Positions 36,109 to 46,050 of a DNA stretch of 55,141 nucleotides are shown piece by piece (positions within the stretch are counted from its first letter, which is position 1; every line of letters starts with the position of its first letter). The notes beneath the pieces were generated by a model. That model worked only from the letters and a program-made list of their open reading frames with translations, did no database searches and was not told the DNA's origin. The DNA lies in the IMG/VR virus record IMGVR_UViG_3300010413_000041, positions 1-55,141 of that record; one strand, written 5' to 3'. This DNA comes from a virus. Taxonomy: Duplodnaviria > Caudoviricetes. A program made the position numbers and the translations under genes.

Positions 36109-36347
36109 TCTCCAAATACATTGTGAGCAACCACCTGATTAGGACATCCATTCAAACACTCAAACTCAATCTCCCCATCGGTGATCTCGTCCGCAGATCT
36201 CTTCCAAACTGAGATATCCACACTCTTATCAACCCCAGAGAACACAAACTCATCTATAAACTCCTGAGTTCCCTGATAACTGATAACCCGGACTGCCCCC
36301 TGACAGTCCGGACATTGACCTTCAAACAAACTAAATATCTCACTCAT
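36099..36347 (-). CDS. Zinc-binding early protein
   Basis: CPDC...CLNGC. Confidence 0.55.
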   Translation of the reverse strand: MSEIFSLFEGQCPDCQGAVRVISYQGTQEFIDEFVFSGVDKSVDISVWKRSADEITDGEIEFECLNGCPNQVVAHNVFGDWN

Positions 36348-36348
36348 C

Positions 36349-36723
36349 TTATACTCTCCCTACGAAAACTGCACTAGCATTCCCCTTCGGATCAGGAATA
36401 ACGGTGACCTTATATTTGCGGTCGTAACCCAACTTATAAATCCTCTTCAAACTCGAGGGGGCGACATTCTTATACTCAAAATCCTCAAACCTCCCACTAA
36501 ACTCATACTGCACCCATCTGCAAACTCTGACCTCATTGTCATAGCCCAGATAAACACAAACACTCCAAACCCTCTTGGACATCAACTTCCCATCCCCCTT
36601 CTCCTTATAAAATTCTCTCACACATTTAGCCGAGCAAAAGGGCAACTCCTCCCCCTTCCCATAAACATAATTGTTGAAACTATCAACCTCTCCCCCACAT
36701 TCTCTACACTTGATCCCATTCAT
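36349..36723 (-). CDS. Zinc-finger (TRASH-like) early protein
   Basis: CRECG...FCSAKC. Confidence 0.55.
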   Translation of the reverse strand: MNGIKCRECGGEVDSFNNYVYGKGEELPFCSAKCVREFYKEKGDGKLMSKRVWSVCVYLGYDNEVRVCRWVQYEFSGRFEDFEYKNVAPSSLKRIYKLGYDRKYKVTVIPDPKGNASAVFVGRV

Positions 36724-36746
36724 TCTATATCTCCTTATAATCCAAC

Positions 36747-37073
36747 TTAGAAATCAAACCAATTCGGCAGGCGGCGAAATTCACCAACCCACCACTCACG
36801 GATACTCTCTTCCATATAACCCTCATCTGGGTAAGCTTGAGATAATAATTTATAGAGAAGATTTTTGTTATAAATTGACATCCGAGCAACCCCAGATTGC
36901 AGGAACAAATAAAGGTTGTTCAGTTCGACATAAGCCAAATCTGAAGCAACCCTATTCCTGCGGATCTCATCTTGCCGATCCCATTGCTCCCAAATCTCAC
37001 TCCTGACTTCACACTCTCTAACTGACATTCCGGACCTCCTACGATCCCAAAATACAACCTTCCCGATTGCCAT
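36747..37073 (-). CDS. First early gene, hypothetical
   Basis: GGGGAG RBS just downstream of the early promoter. Confidence 0.6.
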   Translation of the reverse strand: MAIGKVVFWDRRRSGMSVRECEVRSEIWEQWDRQDEIRRNRVASDLAYVELNNLYLFLQSGVARMSIYNKNLLYKLLSQAYPDEGYMEESIREWWVGEFRRLPNWFDF

Positions 37074-37099
37074 TTATCTCCCCCCGCCCTAAATATACC

Positions 37100-37168
37100 T
37101 GATAATACAATACAGTACAATAGTTTTGCTCGTCAAAAATAGCAAACTCTAATCTTGCTCTAATCTTT
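37100..37168 (-). promoter_or_regulatory. Putative sigma70-type early promoter with upstream direct repeat
   Basis: Minus-strand TTGACG-18nt-TATTGT; CTCTAATCTT x2 at 37147-37167. Confidence 0.5.
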
Positions 37169-37188
37169 GGACATTGGATTTTTAAAGC

Positions 37189-37222
37189 AAAACACCACCC
37201 AGACCGTAATGGGTGGTGTTTT
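37189..37222. terminator. Bidirectional intrinsic terminator ending the late operon
   Basis: AAAACACCACCCA-8nt-TGGGTGGTGTTTT. Confidence 0.85.
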
Positions 37223-37240
37223 TAATCGGCTTACGATCCC

Positions 37241-38269
37241 TTATATCTTCTTGATGTAATCCCCATGCACCCAGACCTTATCCCCGATCTCTACCAATAA
37301 CCAATCCCCCGACTTGTCCTTGATTATCACCTTCACTCCCTCCCTGAGTGTCATGGCTAAATTCCTGTTATCAGCATAATAGACAGGAGATGTCCGAGCA
37401 TTCAAGGCATAAACATCGACCAACCCAATCTCATCCTCAGGCTCAGGAGGCTCAGGCTCAGGGGGCTCTGGCTCAGGAGGAACCGTTCCCCCATCCCATT
37501 GGTGCGTCGCAATCTCATTCCACATCTCCCCATCCTTATAACTCTCTGCATGCTCCCAACTCCAATAGTTCACACCCGGCAACTCCAACACCTTGGCGAT
37601 ATTATCAAACTCGTGAAGATCCTGCACAGTCGCAACCCAGACCGGATCATATTTGCTCCCCCTCCAATATGCAGATCCCGCAGGAATTATCGGAAGAGAT
37701 CTCAAATTACGCAACTCAATCACACTCTTGGTCAACTGCTCCCCCGGATTGTGGCTCATCTCCCAATATACCTGTGGCATATGGAAATCACTATACTTCA
37801 AAAACGCAGACCAACAAAACTCAGGATGTAATGAGGGATAACGGAATGATGACAACCCAATCGGGATATCCGGTAAACTCCCCCTCAATGTCACCATCAA
37901 TATCTCTGCCTCCCTATCCATCCCCCTCTTCTTGTATTCTGCCTCAGCATCAACCACCAACCCATCCGGATCGTGCACCCTGACCATATCTATAACCTTC
38001 TGCGCCTCATACTTGGATTGTGATCTCCCCAACCGATCTCTTCCATAAGTATAAAACCAAAACCACACCCGGATATCAGCCCTCTTTAGCGACCTGACCG
38101 CAGGACCTAAATACTGCTCCCAGAAGTAAGCCACCCCATCACAGCATTTAATCACAACATAATCCAACCCCGCCTCAACCGCCATATCTGCCAAAGCCTC
38201 GGGGTCTCCCCCGGCACAGTTAGGTAGGTTCCAAATAAAATATCCCTTCCCTGTCGGATATTTGTTCAT
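37241..38269 (-). CDS. Endolysin: TIM-barrel glycoside hydrolase (GH25-like) + PEP linker + SH3b
   Basis: VIK..DG, W.Y.YG, VDAE.EY, MPQVYW; (PEPE)n; LNARTSP...WVHGDY. Confidence 0.8.
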   Translation of the reverse strand: MNKYPTGKGYFIWNLPNCAGGDPEALADMAVEAGLDYVVIKCCDGVAYFWEQYLGPAVRSLKRADIRVWFWFYTYGRDRLGRSQSKYEAQKVIDMVRVHDPDGLVVDAEAEYKKRGMDREAEILMVTLRGSLPDIPIGLSSFRYPSLHPEFCWSAFLKYSDFHMPQVYWEMSHNPGEQLTKSVIELRNLRSLPIIPAGSAYWRGSKYDPVWVATVQDLHEFDNIAKVLELPGVNYWSWEHAESYKDGEMWNEIATHQWDGGTVPPEPEPPEPEPPEPEDEIGLVDVYALNARTSPVYYADNRNLAMTLREGVKVIIKDKSGDWLLVEIGDKVWVHGDYIKKI

Positions 38270-38281
38270 TAGTACACTCTC

Positions 38282-38875
38282 CTATCTCTTGACCTCTATA
38301 CAGTTCAAAGTCCCAAACTCGCATGTCGAGCAATAACCGCAAACTGTCTTAAATGTGCGATCCCCAACCCATTTGTAAACTTCCCCTTCAAGATAATCGG
38401 GAGGAAGCACCGTTGGGGGAGGATACTCCGGAGGGGGGTAAGTTCCATGCCAATATTCTTCCGTGCACCAATATGTGCCTTCCAAGATCTTCTGAGCCTT
38501 CAACACCAACAACGTGCCATCCCACTCGATCCTATCCACCTGTACTTCATAGCAAAAACCGGGTTTCATTCCAAGCACTTCTACCCCATCCCCAACAACC
38601 TCAGCCCTTCCAACATAAATCCAATCATAACCACCCTCGGCATATATCAAGGTTGGAGTGGGGGTTGGAACAGGTGTTGGAGGCTCAATAGTCGCAGTCG
38701 GCTTTTTAGTGGGCGTCAATGTCGCAGTTGGCTCAACTGTCGGATATCCCCCAGATCCAAACACTATTGGCATAAACAACTTATTCTCCACGACTGCCCC
38801 CGCTAACGCCCTTGCCCCTGTAAATCCAATCACAATCAATACTGCATAAACTGCCAATCTCTTGATCATCATCAT
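38282..38875 (-). CDS. Exported/membrane Pro-Thr-rich protein
   Basis: Signal peptide, LFMPIV motif, PT linker. Confidence 0.65.
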   Translation of the reverse strand: MMMIKRLAVYAVLIVIGFTGARALAGAVVENKLFMPIVFGSGGYPTVEPTATLTPTKKPTATIEPPTPVPTPTPTLIYAEGGYDWIYVGRAEVVGDGVEVLGMKPGFCYEVQVDRIEWDGTLLVLKAQKILEGTYWCTEEYWHGTYPPPEYPPPTVLPPDYLEGEVYKWVGDRTFKTVCGYCSTCEFGTLNCIEVKR

Positions 38876-38879
38876 TCTC

Positions 38880-39491
38880 CTAATAGCTATATGATTTCTG
38901 TATTCTAAAAAATATATTCATTGCATCCGGTCCAGCATCCTCTGTAGTAGAAGAATTGTAAAATTCTAGCAAAACAGTATCATCTGCATCAGGTCCAGTT
39001 GCTCCTAACGCAAAGTTGTTGTACCAGGTAGTATTATTGGTTGCTACTATTTCTCCTGTTTGTCTGTCTACATATCCACCAGAATGTCTTCTGAATTGTC
39101 CAATGAATTCAGCATAATAAGTGTTTCCAATCCAATCACCACCAGATACATGCCCCCAGCAACCAAATGCACCTGTAAGATATGAGCTGAAATAATCTAA
39201 TCGGATACCAGTATCAATTGTATGCCATTCCGCTGCTGCTGCTGCTTGGTGACAATCTATACCAGACAGCATCATTTCAACCATCCAATAATATCCATTA
39301 CCCCAATCTCTAATTATTTTACCTGTGTAAATTGTAGCTGGCTTATAATGGCTCACTACACCATCCACAATTATGTCACCACCAACCTCCAGCTCACTGT
39401 GGTATTTGGTCTCTGCCCTCTCCAGAGCTCTCACTCTTGCTTGGAGATCAGCGATAACTTTAGCCATCTGGGTAATCTCTTTATCACTCAT
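38880..39491 (-). CDS. Minor tail/receptor-binding protein
   Basis: N-terminal L..RV..LER.E coiled coil typical of genes following Gp37-like hubs; variable C-terminus. Confidence 0.6.
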   Translation of the reverse strand: MSDKEITQMAKVIADLQARVRALERAETKYHSELEVGGDIIVDGVVSHYKPATIYTGKIIRDWGNGYYWMVEMMLSGIDCHQAAAAAEWHTIDTGIRLDYFSSYLTGAFGCWGHVSGGDWIGNTYYAEFIGQFRRHSGGYVDRQTGEIVATNNTTWYNNFALGATGPDADDTVLLEFYNSSTTEDAGPDAMNIFFRIQKSYSY

Positions 39492-40579
39492 ACTTCCACC
39501 ATCTCAACATCCAATGTCTCAACCCCATCTTGATCTAAGGACAACACTACTGCATTAATCTTCTTCGTGTCACTCGATCCCGTATCCGGATTTATAACTG
39601 TTACCAGATCTCCGAGATAATAATGTTTGTAATAAGCACTACTCGGGATCTGTAAAACAGTATACTCCAAAGTCTCTTTTGCCATTGTCTCATCCAACCG
39701 TTGATCCCCAATATCCTGCAACCCTGCCGTTGTCTCAGATCCGCTCCCATTTATAAACACCTCTTTATCGTTGCTCGCAGAATAATTCGTGCCAGTCCTT
39801 ATCTCAACTTCTCTATCTCCCTCTTCTCCCTGACCACCCACCAAACAAACGGTAGCCTCATCATTGGCATCTTTAATATACCGGAACACTCCCAGATTGC
39901 CCAACTGTCTGGAAAATTTTACGGTCGCCGTCCTGTCCGTTCCCAACTGCCCGGAATAAAACCTAAACTCCCACGCTTGATCTCCGGTCTTCACTAAATC
40001 GAAATCTCCCCCGGCAACTTTGGCAAGATCCTTCAACGTCTCCAATAGATTGTCATAAGCACAATACCAATCCAAACTGTTCCCCCCCGCACTGTCCGAT
40101 TGCACCGATATCCCGGTTATCGTGCCAGTTCTCAACCTTCCATTCCCCGTAGTTGCGCTACTCCCGGCATTATAACTAACAAGAGTTTTCATTATTGTTT
40201 CAGCCGCCTCACTCGTGAACGCAGATCTATCGGCTGTGTTGGCATACCACGCAACAATTCTCCACCGGAGCATGTCCATAAAACCGGGAACACCCATTAA
40301 CAATATCCCTTCTTCTTCATACTCGAGTTCCGTATATGAATACAATCCCCCAAAATGCCTGTACCAATCTATATCATTCTCTATATCCCTTCTCCACAAC
40401 TCAACTTGGCATAATTGATTTAAATAAGATCTTGCAGGGTGATCAGCATCTAACGTGACCTCCATATATCCCGGCTCATTGACCGCAATTCTGCAAGATA
40501 ACTCATTAAAATCCGTGACGGTTGCCTGTAAAACCCCTGCCGCCGTTTTTATGTCCAGCTTATAAGATCCCATCAACAC
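39488..40579 (-). CDS. Siphovirus baseplate hub, ReqiPepy6 Gp37-like
   Basis: G.DRT..V.FS....N, VGGQGE..DR, Y..HY.LGDLVTV. Confidence 0.8.
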   Translation of the reverse strand: MLMGSYKLDIKTAAGVLQATVTDFNELSCRIAVNEPGYMEVTLDADHPARSYLNQLCQVELWRRDIENDIDWYRHFGGLYSYTELEYEEEGILLMGVPGFMDMLRWRIVAWYANTADRSAFTSEAAETIMKTLVSYNAGSSATTGNGRLRTGTITGISVQSDSAGGNSLDWYCAYDNLLETLKDLAKVAGGDFDLVKTGDQAWEFRFYSGQLGTDRTATVKFSRQLGNLGVFRYIKDANDEATVCLVGGQGEEGDREVEIRTGTNYSASNDKEVFINGSGSETTAGLQDIGDQRLDETMAKETLEYTVLQIPSSAYYKHYYLGDLVTVINPDTGSSDTKKINAVVLSLDQDGVETLDVEMVEV

Positions 40580-40585
40580 TCCACA

Positions 40586-41926
40586 TTAACTATCTGCCGT
40601 GTACCTGACCAAAAATCCATGGAAATAACAAAATGTGCCAATTGTATCCAAGGCATCCCCACCCTGCCTTGATGTGTGCAACCCAACTATATCTCCCTTA
40701 GCGGAAGACGAAAATGTCATTGTATGCCCATTCTTTAATATCCCTGATGTGAATGCGACTGTGCTTGTTCCCCAAGATTGCCCATTCGTGCTAAATGTCT
40801 CTCCAACCGCAGGAGACGCAGCCTGCATGGTTAATCTCATATTGCCTGTCGCTCCTGCATCCCAGATAATATCTACTTCCAAACCTGACGCAAAATCTTC
40901 TGGAACAACAAATACACCATTAAAATTCGTTGTTACCCCATCCGGTGCCTCACACCCTCTATATAAATTAGAGTTGCCATCGTCTGTGTGACTGAAAACC
41001 ATAAACTGCCTAGTGCGATTAGCAATCTTAGCCGCAGTGATCCCACCATCCTTCACTCTAACTTGATCGGAGCTAATCTCGACTGTACTGTTATCCACAT
41101 TCACAGCCAGCGCAGATCCCCCACCACCTGTTAAACCATTCCCGGCAACTGCCGTGTTGATCTTCGCAGACGTAACCCCTGCATCCTTTATCCTCACTTG
41201 ATCGGAGCTTATCTCTATGGTGCTATTATCGGGATTTACCGCTAACGCAGATCCCCCACCACCTGTTAAACCATTCCCGGCGACCGCAGTATTTATCTTC
41301 GCAGACGTAACCCCTGCATCCTTTATCCTGACAATATCTGTATTTATCTCTAAGGTCGAGTTGTCCACATTCACAGCTAACGCCGATCCATCCCCTCCTG
41401 TCAAACCATTCCCGGCTATGCTGGCATCCAACCTATCCTCATCGATCATGGTGGCAAAATGACAATACCCTCTAGCATCCACAACAGTTATCACCCCTCC
41501 GGTTGTGATAGTCAAATTTGCTAAGGGTATCTCCCACGTGACACCTGCGCTCTGCGTCAATGCTGGATAAGCCGAGATCCCATCTGCGGATGATATCAAA
41601 GCTATCCTGACAGTTTGAGCACTATCGGACAACTGCAAAACAACTCTATGCCCGGTCGTTCCAACAACCGGAGTGGAAACAGCGACATTAACACTCGCTG
41701 TGTTCCAATAGAAATATCCATAAACCAAAGCTGCGCCCGTGTTCACAGCCAAAGGAGAACTTGTACCTGTGACCTCCAACCCATTATCTACTAACTTCAA
41801 CACTCCTTCATTGGCTGGGTCACCACCTACCAGATACCGGAATAACCTAGTTGTCTCAGCCTCTGTATAAGCCGCAGTACCATCCCCAGATGTTGGAGCC
41901 GCCCATAACATACTCTTCTCAGTCAT
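40586..41926 (-). CDS. Tail fibre/baseplate protein with three 45-aa repeats
   Basis: V.TG.A.V.GY, P.LTQ....WEIPLA; repeats AGNGLTGG.GSALAVN.DNST.EI..D.VR.KDAGVT.AKI. Confidence 0.75.
   Translation of the reverse strand: MTEKSMLWAAPTSGDGTAAYTEAETTRLFRYLVGGDPANEGVLKLVDNGLEVTGTSSPLAVNTGAALVYGYFYWNTASVNVAVSTPVVGTTGHRVVLQLSDSAQTVRIALISSADGISAYPALTQSAGVTWEIPLANLTITTGGVITVVDARGYCHFATMIDEDRLDASIAGNGLTGGDGSALAVNVDNSTLEINTDIVRIKDAGVTSAKINTAVAGNGLTGGGGSALAVNPDNSTIEISSDQVRIKDAGVTSAKINTAVAGNGLTGGGGSALAVNVDNSTVEISSDQVRVKDGGITAAKIANRTRQFMVFSHTDDGNSNLYRGCEAPDGVTTNFNGVFVVPEDFASGLEVDIIWDAGATGNMRLTMQAASPAVGETFSTNGQSWGTSTVAFTSGILKNGHTMTFSSSAKGDIVGLHTSRQGGDALDTIGTFCYFHGFLVRYTADS
41030..41420. repeat. Three tandem 135-bp coding repeats
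   Basis: T(T/C)AAACCATTCCCGGC at 41131, 41266 and 41401. Confidence 0.85.
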
Positions 41927-41936
41927 ATCTTCACTC

Positions 41937-42827
41937 CTAAATGCCTATGTATCTCACATAATAACTTATAAATAAATCCGTCTCATCAGTCGCCCCAGAG
42001 CAAACCAAATGGATATCATTCACACCACCCGGAGCGTCAGGATGAGCCGCTAAATGCCATGTTGACAAATCGCTGTCGTCGGTGAGAGTTGCTATCTTGT
42101 TAGCTCCATTCTTATCAACCACAGTCTTATATCCATATCGGCAATCGATATCATAATAATCAGATGACGCTATAGTCGTGCCAGTAAAATCGAGCACATC
42201 TCCGGTCGTTATATTGGTCAAAACCGGATCTTCCATAGGACCAACCATCCTTATCCTGTAAGGGAAACTCCTCCAAGATCCAACATAGGTTAGGGGAGTT
42301 ACTTGATCTATATCACTAGCCCCAATCTCCCAAGGTATCTCCCAAGGTATCTCCCAAGGACTTCCCCCACCACCTATTCCAGAATTAAATAACACCGCAT
42401 CGGGGTCATACCATGATGGATCAGGACAAACAAAGGAAATCCCCCCCTTCTGGTTGTAAACAAATCGATCCTCGGATGATAATGTGAAATCAGCCTGATA
42501 ATGACAATCTATCTGGTACTGACTTCCATCGTCAAACGTATATCTCAAATTAACCGGATCATCCGCAGGGGTTAAAAATGCGAGCAAATCAGCCCTTCTC
42601 TCCAAATGGTCATCTTCCTCATCAGCAAATATATAGGTCACTAACTGGATAACCCGAGGGTCTAACCTAAATCCCCTGTCCGTTACCCCATGCTGTTGAG
42701 TACCCCTTGACGAAATCCGATGCACCGGGGACATCCCCAACCCGTCATCACCAATAACCGCATATTTAGCCCCATCGGATATGTCCAGAGTATAAACTCC
42801 CCGGATTAGTTCGATAACTGCCGCCAT
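41937..42827 (-). CDS. Distal tail protein (Dit)
   Basis: Follows TMP; GLGM.PV, G....R.I.L, F.CPDP.WY, G.N.I. Confidence 0.8.
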   Translation of the reverse strand: MAAVIELIRGVYTLDISDGAKYAVIGDDGLGMSPVHRISSRGTQQHGVTDRGFRLDPRVIQLVTYIFADEEDDHLERRADLLAFLTPADDPVNLRYTFDDGSQYQIDCHYQADFTLSSEDRFVYNQKGGISFVCPDPSWYDPDAVLFNSGIGGGGSPWEIPWEIPWEIGASDIDQVTPLTYVGSWRSFPYRIRMVGPMEDPVLTNITTGDVLDFTGTTIASSDYYDIDCRYGYKTVVDKNGANKIATLTDDSDLSTWHLAAHPDAPGGVNDIHLVCSGATDETDLFISYYVRYIGI

Positions 42828-42828
42828 A

Positions 42829-45800
42829 TCATCCTCTTCTCAACATCTCGACCATTCTTATATCATGCATAAGCGATCTCTCATCCTGATATCTCGAATA
42901 ATTGGCACTAAAATAATAATTGTTGTTCGTGCCTCCGGAAGATCCAATAGCCGATAAAGCCAAATCCATATCTCCTCCAACTGCTCCCAGAGATTTAAAC
43001 CACCCGATCCCAACCCCTTCTCCCAACGCCATTCCCCACCTGACACCAACCCCAGACGGAGAGCCGATCTCCAATTTTGCCTCAGCCTTAGCCAATAATT
43101 CGGTCAAAGCGAGATCAGTCATCCTTAGCATATCATCAACACTAGCCCCCAGACCCAAGGTTATCCCTTGGAACAACACCCTCGCATCAATCCCAGCATC
43201 CTTTACCGCCTTAATAAGATCCATCTGTTGTTTCAGGAAATCCAACTGCGCCATCTTTTGCTGGATATCATAAATCCGCATATAACTTTCTAATGTCAGT
43301 TGGCTAGCCTCTGCTGTATCATTCTCCAACTTGGCTCTCAATTGCTCATACTTCAATATATCCCCCTCGATCCCTTTAGCCTCAGCCCAAGATCCAAAAA
43401 ATTCCATCCAACCCAACTCAGTTCTCAACTTCTCTAAGATCCCCCCAACCCCGAGCTTGCCCGCCGCTTTGTCTCCGATCTTCAATATGCCTTGAGCATA
43501 TCTGACCATTGCAGCATCCAACCCCTCCACACCGATATTGCCAGCGATTGTCTTGGCAAATGATCCAAACTTGCTAGCAAGGTCAACAACGCCTTCAAAA
43601 TCGGTCTTCCAATCATCAAATATTCGAAGTATCGGATCCATGTCATTGACTTGATCCATAATATTCTGTAACCCATTGACAACCATCTCGGATGCACTAG
43701 CGACATCCAACAAGGCTTGCTCAAAAGGCGAAGGGGAGTGTTGCTGTAAGATCCCCAACTTCGAGGATGCGATTGCCTTGATCTTCTCCAACACCTTCCC
43801 TAGCCACGTCCAAACCTTCTGAGCAATATCACGCAGGGTTCTGAATTGAGTTACGATCGCAGACAACGCCCCATCCGTGACAGTCTGCACAACAGGACCG
43901 AAAGTATCCGAGATAAACTCAGCAATATCTTCGATAATTGGCAAGAGATCATCTTTTATCACTCCCCAGATTGTTTCCAGTACTGGTTGTAACTTCTCCC
44001 ACGCCAACTTCCCCACCTCAATAGCAATCTGCATACCGATCCCAATAATCTCAGCAATATCTTCCAACACCGGGAATAACTCATCTTGCATAAACCCCCA
44101 TACCGCCTCAAGAGCGGGTTTTAATGTGTTCTCCCAAAAGGAAGATGCCGTGTTGATAGCTGCGGGTATATTCAACTCCAACCAATCCCAGACCTGTTGG
44201 AAGATCGGAAAGATCTTGGTTGAGATAAAATCCCAGACCGTCTGTAACGCTGGTTTTAGTGTGTTCTCCCAATATCCGGAAACAGTAGTTATCGCCGCCG
44301 GGATGTTCACTTCCAACCAATCCCAGACCGCTTGCAATATCGGTACAACCTTCTCCGAGATAAACTGCCAGACCTCCGTCAAGGCAGGCACCAAAGTTCC
44401 GGTGAAGAAATTAGCCGCCCACTCTATCGCCGGGGGAATTTGCTCCAACAACCATTGGATTATCTTCCCCAACACCGGGAGGACATTCTCCGATATAAAC
44501 CCTGCAACTGTTTGAAGTGCGGGTTGGAGGACATTCAACCATAAATCACTCGCCCCTTGAAGGACAATTGGTAAAACATCCCTGAAAGTTGATATGATGC
44601 TGTCTATGGCGGGTTTTATATTCTCATTCCAAATGGTGGCAACAACATCCCTAATCCCACCCCAATTGTTCTGCCAAGCCAGGACTAAAGCTGCCACTAT
44701 CCCGATAATCGCACCTATCGCCAACACCAAAGGACCGGATATCACCCCTACAATCGATCCTATAATCGGCAGTATCGTTCCCAGAGCAGATACCAGAGAT
44801 CCAACCACCAACAAAACAGGACCAATCGCCGCAGCTATCCCCGCAAATATAACTATGATCTTCTGAGTTTCAGGACTTAATGCTGTAAACTTCTCTACCA
44901 GAGAAGATATAAAATTGACAACCTGTTGCACGACTGGCAACAATACCGATCCAAGATTTGCTGCCATATCTCCAAACTGCGCCTTCAAGATCCTCGTACT
45001 ATTGGCTAAACCATCTGATGTTCTAGAGAAATCCCCCTGAGCATTGGTTGTCTGCTCCATTATCAGAGCATAAGCCGCTTGGGTTTTTTGTGCCGGGGTA
45101 AGAGCATCGACCGTACCCGCCAAAGCCTCTTCCACCTTGGTTTGAGCCGCAGCCAGATCAGCATTAGCCAATATTGCCTCCTCACTCGAAGGACCATACC
45201 GGGCAACTACATTGTTGTACTCTTCCTGCGCTTGTGAGGCTTTGACCTGTAATGCCGCCAACTCTGCCGTGTTCACCTCGACATCCACCAACCCCAACTC
45301 CATAGCCTTGGCGGCGATTGTTGCTTGGTTCAGGTTCACCCCGAGGGCTCGCAACGGTTCAACTTCCCCGACCAACCCCGCTCTCAACTTATCCAACACC
45401 TCATCCGGTGACATATTATTAAATGACGCCAGATCCGCAGCTAACCCCAACAACCCCACAGACATATCGGCGGCAACATCAGGACCAATCTCCATTGCTG
45501 TAAACAGGTTGCCATAAGTTCCCGCCGCCTCTAATGCGGATTGTTCTGTCATTCCCAGACTTTTGGCAGATGTCTTCGCATAATCAGTGATAACACTTGC
45601 CGAGTCATCAAAAACAACCATGACCTTGTTATAACTCTCCTCAAGGTCACTCGCCGCATTGATCGCAACTGCACCGAGAGCAACAACGGGAGCTGTCACT
45701 CCTGCCGTCATGGCAACTCCCGCCTTCTGCAATCCCTTCCCTAAACTTTTGAGCTTTTTGCCGACCGCATCCAACCCTTTGGATGTCTTGTCAGCAAATG

Positions 45801-45831
45801 TCATCTCTACGGATAAGGTGTAATCTGCCAT
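42829..45831 (-). CDS. Tape measure protein
   Basis: ~1000 aa helical; ADLASF.N, W/F-periodic repeats, SPS motifs. Confidence 0.93.
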   Translation of the reverse strand: MADYTLSVEMTFADKTSKGLDAVGKKLKSLGKGLQKAGVAMTAGVTAPVVALGAVAINAASDLEESYNKVMVVFDDSASVITDYAKTSAKSLGMTEQSALEAAGTYGNLFTAMEIGPDVAADMSVGLLGLAADLASFNNMSPDEVLDKLRAGLVGEVEPLRALGVNLNQATIAAKAMELGLVDVEVNTAELAALQVKASQAQEEYNNVVARYGPSSEEAILANADLAAAQTKVEEALAGTVDALTPAQKTQAAYALIMEQTTNAQGDFSRTSDGLANSTRILKAQFGDMAANLGSVLLPVVQQVVNFISSLVEKFTALSPETQKIIVIFAGIAAAIGPVLLVVGSLVSALGTILPIIGSIVGVISGPLVLAIGAIIGIVAALVLAWQNNWGGIRDVVATIWNENIKPAIDSIISTFRDVLPIVLQGASDLWLNVLQPALQTVAGFISENVLPVLGKIIQWLLEQIPPAIEWAANFFTGTLVPALTEVWQFISEKVVPILQAVWDWLEVNIPAAITTVSGYWENTLKPALQTVWDFISTKIFPIFQQVWDWLELNIPAAINTASSFWENTLKPALEAVWGFMQDELFPVLEDIAEIIGIGMQIAIEVGKLAWEKLQPVLETIWGVIKDDLLPIIEDIAEFISDTFGPVVQTVTDGALSAIVTQFRTLRDIAQKVWTWLGKVLEKIKAIASSKLGILQQHSPSPFEQALLDVASASEMVVNGLQNIMDQVNDMDPILRIFDDWKTDFEGVVDLASKFGSFAKTIAGNIGVEGLDAAMVRYAQGILKIGDKAAGKLGVGGILEKLRTELGWMEFFGSWAEAKGIEGDILKYEQLRAKLENDTAEASQLTLESYMRIYDIQQKMAQLDFLKQQMDLIKAVKDAGIDARVLFQGITLGLGASVDDMLRMTDLALTELLAKAEAKLEIGSPSGVGVRWGMALGEGVGIGWFKSLGAVGGDMDLALSAIGSSGGTNNNYYFSANYSRYQDERSLMHDIRMVEMLRRG

Positions 45832-45832
45832 A

Positions 45833-46042
45833 TCACTTCTTCCTAGCCTTCTTGCTGGCAAACTTCATTTTGTGATCATGTACCTTATTCTCAATCGATA
45901 TCACCTGTAAATGATCCAATATCTGCTCCCACGGAATATCAGCCAGCTCATTCGGTGTGCAATGGTATATATCCCTGCACAATACCAGTTCTAAATATTC
46001 AATTGGAGGAGCCCCGGAATGAGTGTGTAAATACTTTACCAA
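45833..46042 (-). CDS. Tail assembly chaperone, frameshift extension (gpT-like)
   Basis: In the -1 frame relative to 46051-46398; YHCTP.EL. Confidence 0.7.
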   Translation of the reverse strand: MVKYLHTHSGAPPIEYLELVLCRDIYHCTPNELADIPWEQILDHLQVISIENKVHDHKMKFASKKARKK

Positions 46043-46050
46043 CCTCTCAT

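Noticed and set aside
42327-42360. 12-bp triple repeat in Dit
   Set aside because: Encodes PWEIPWEIPWEI, the usual aromatic-proline Dit loop; not a regulatory repeat.
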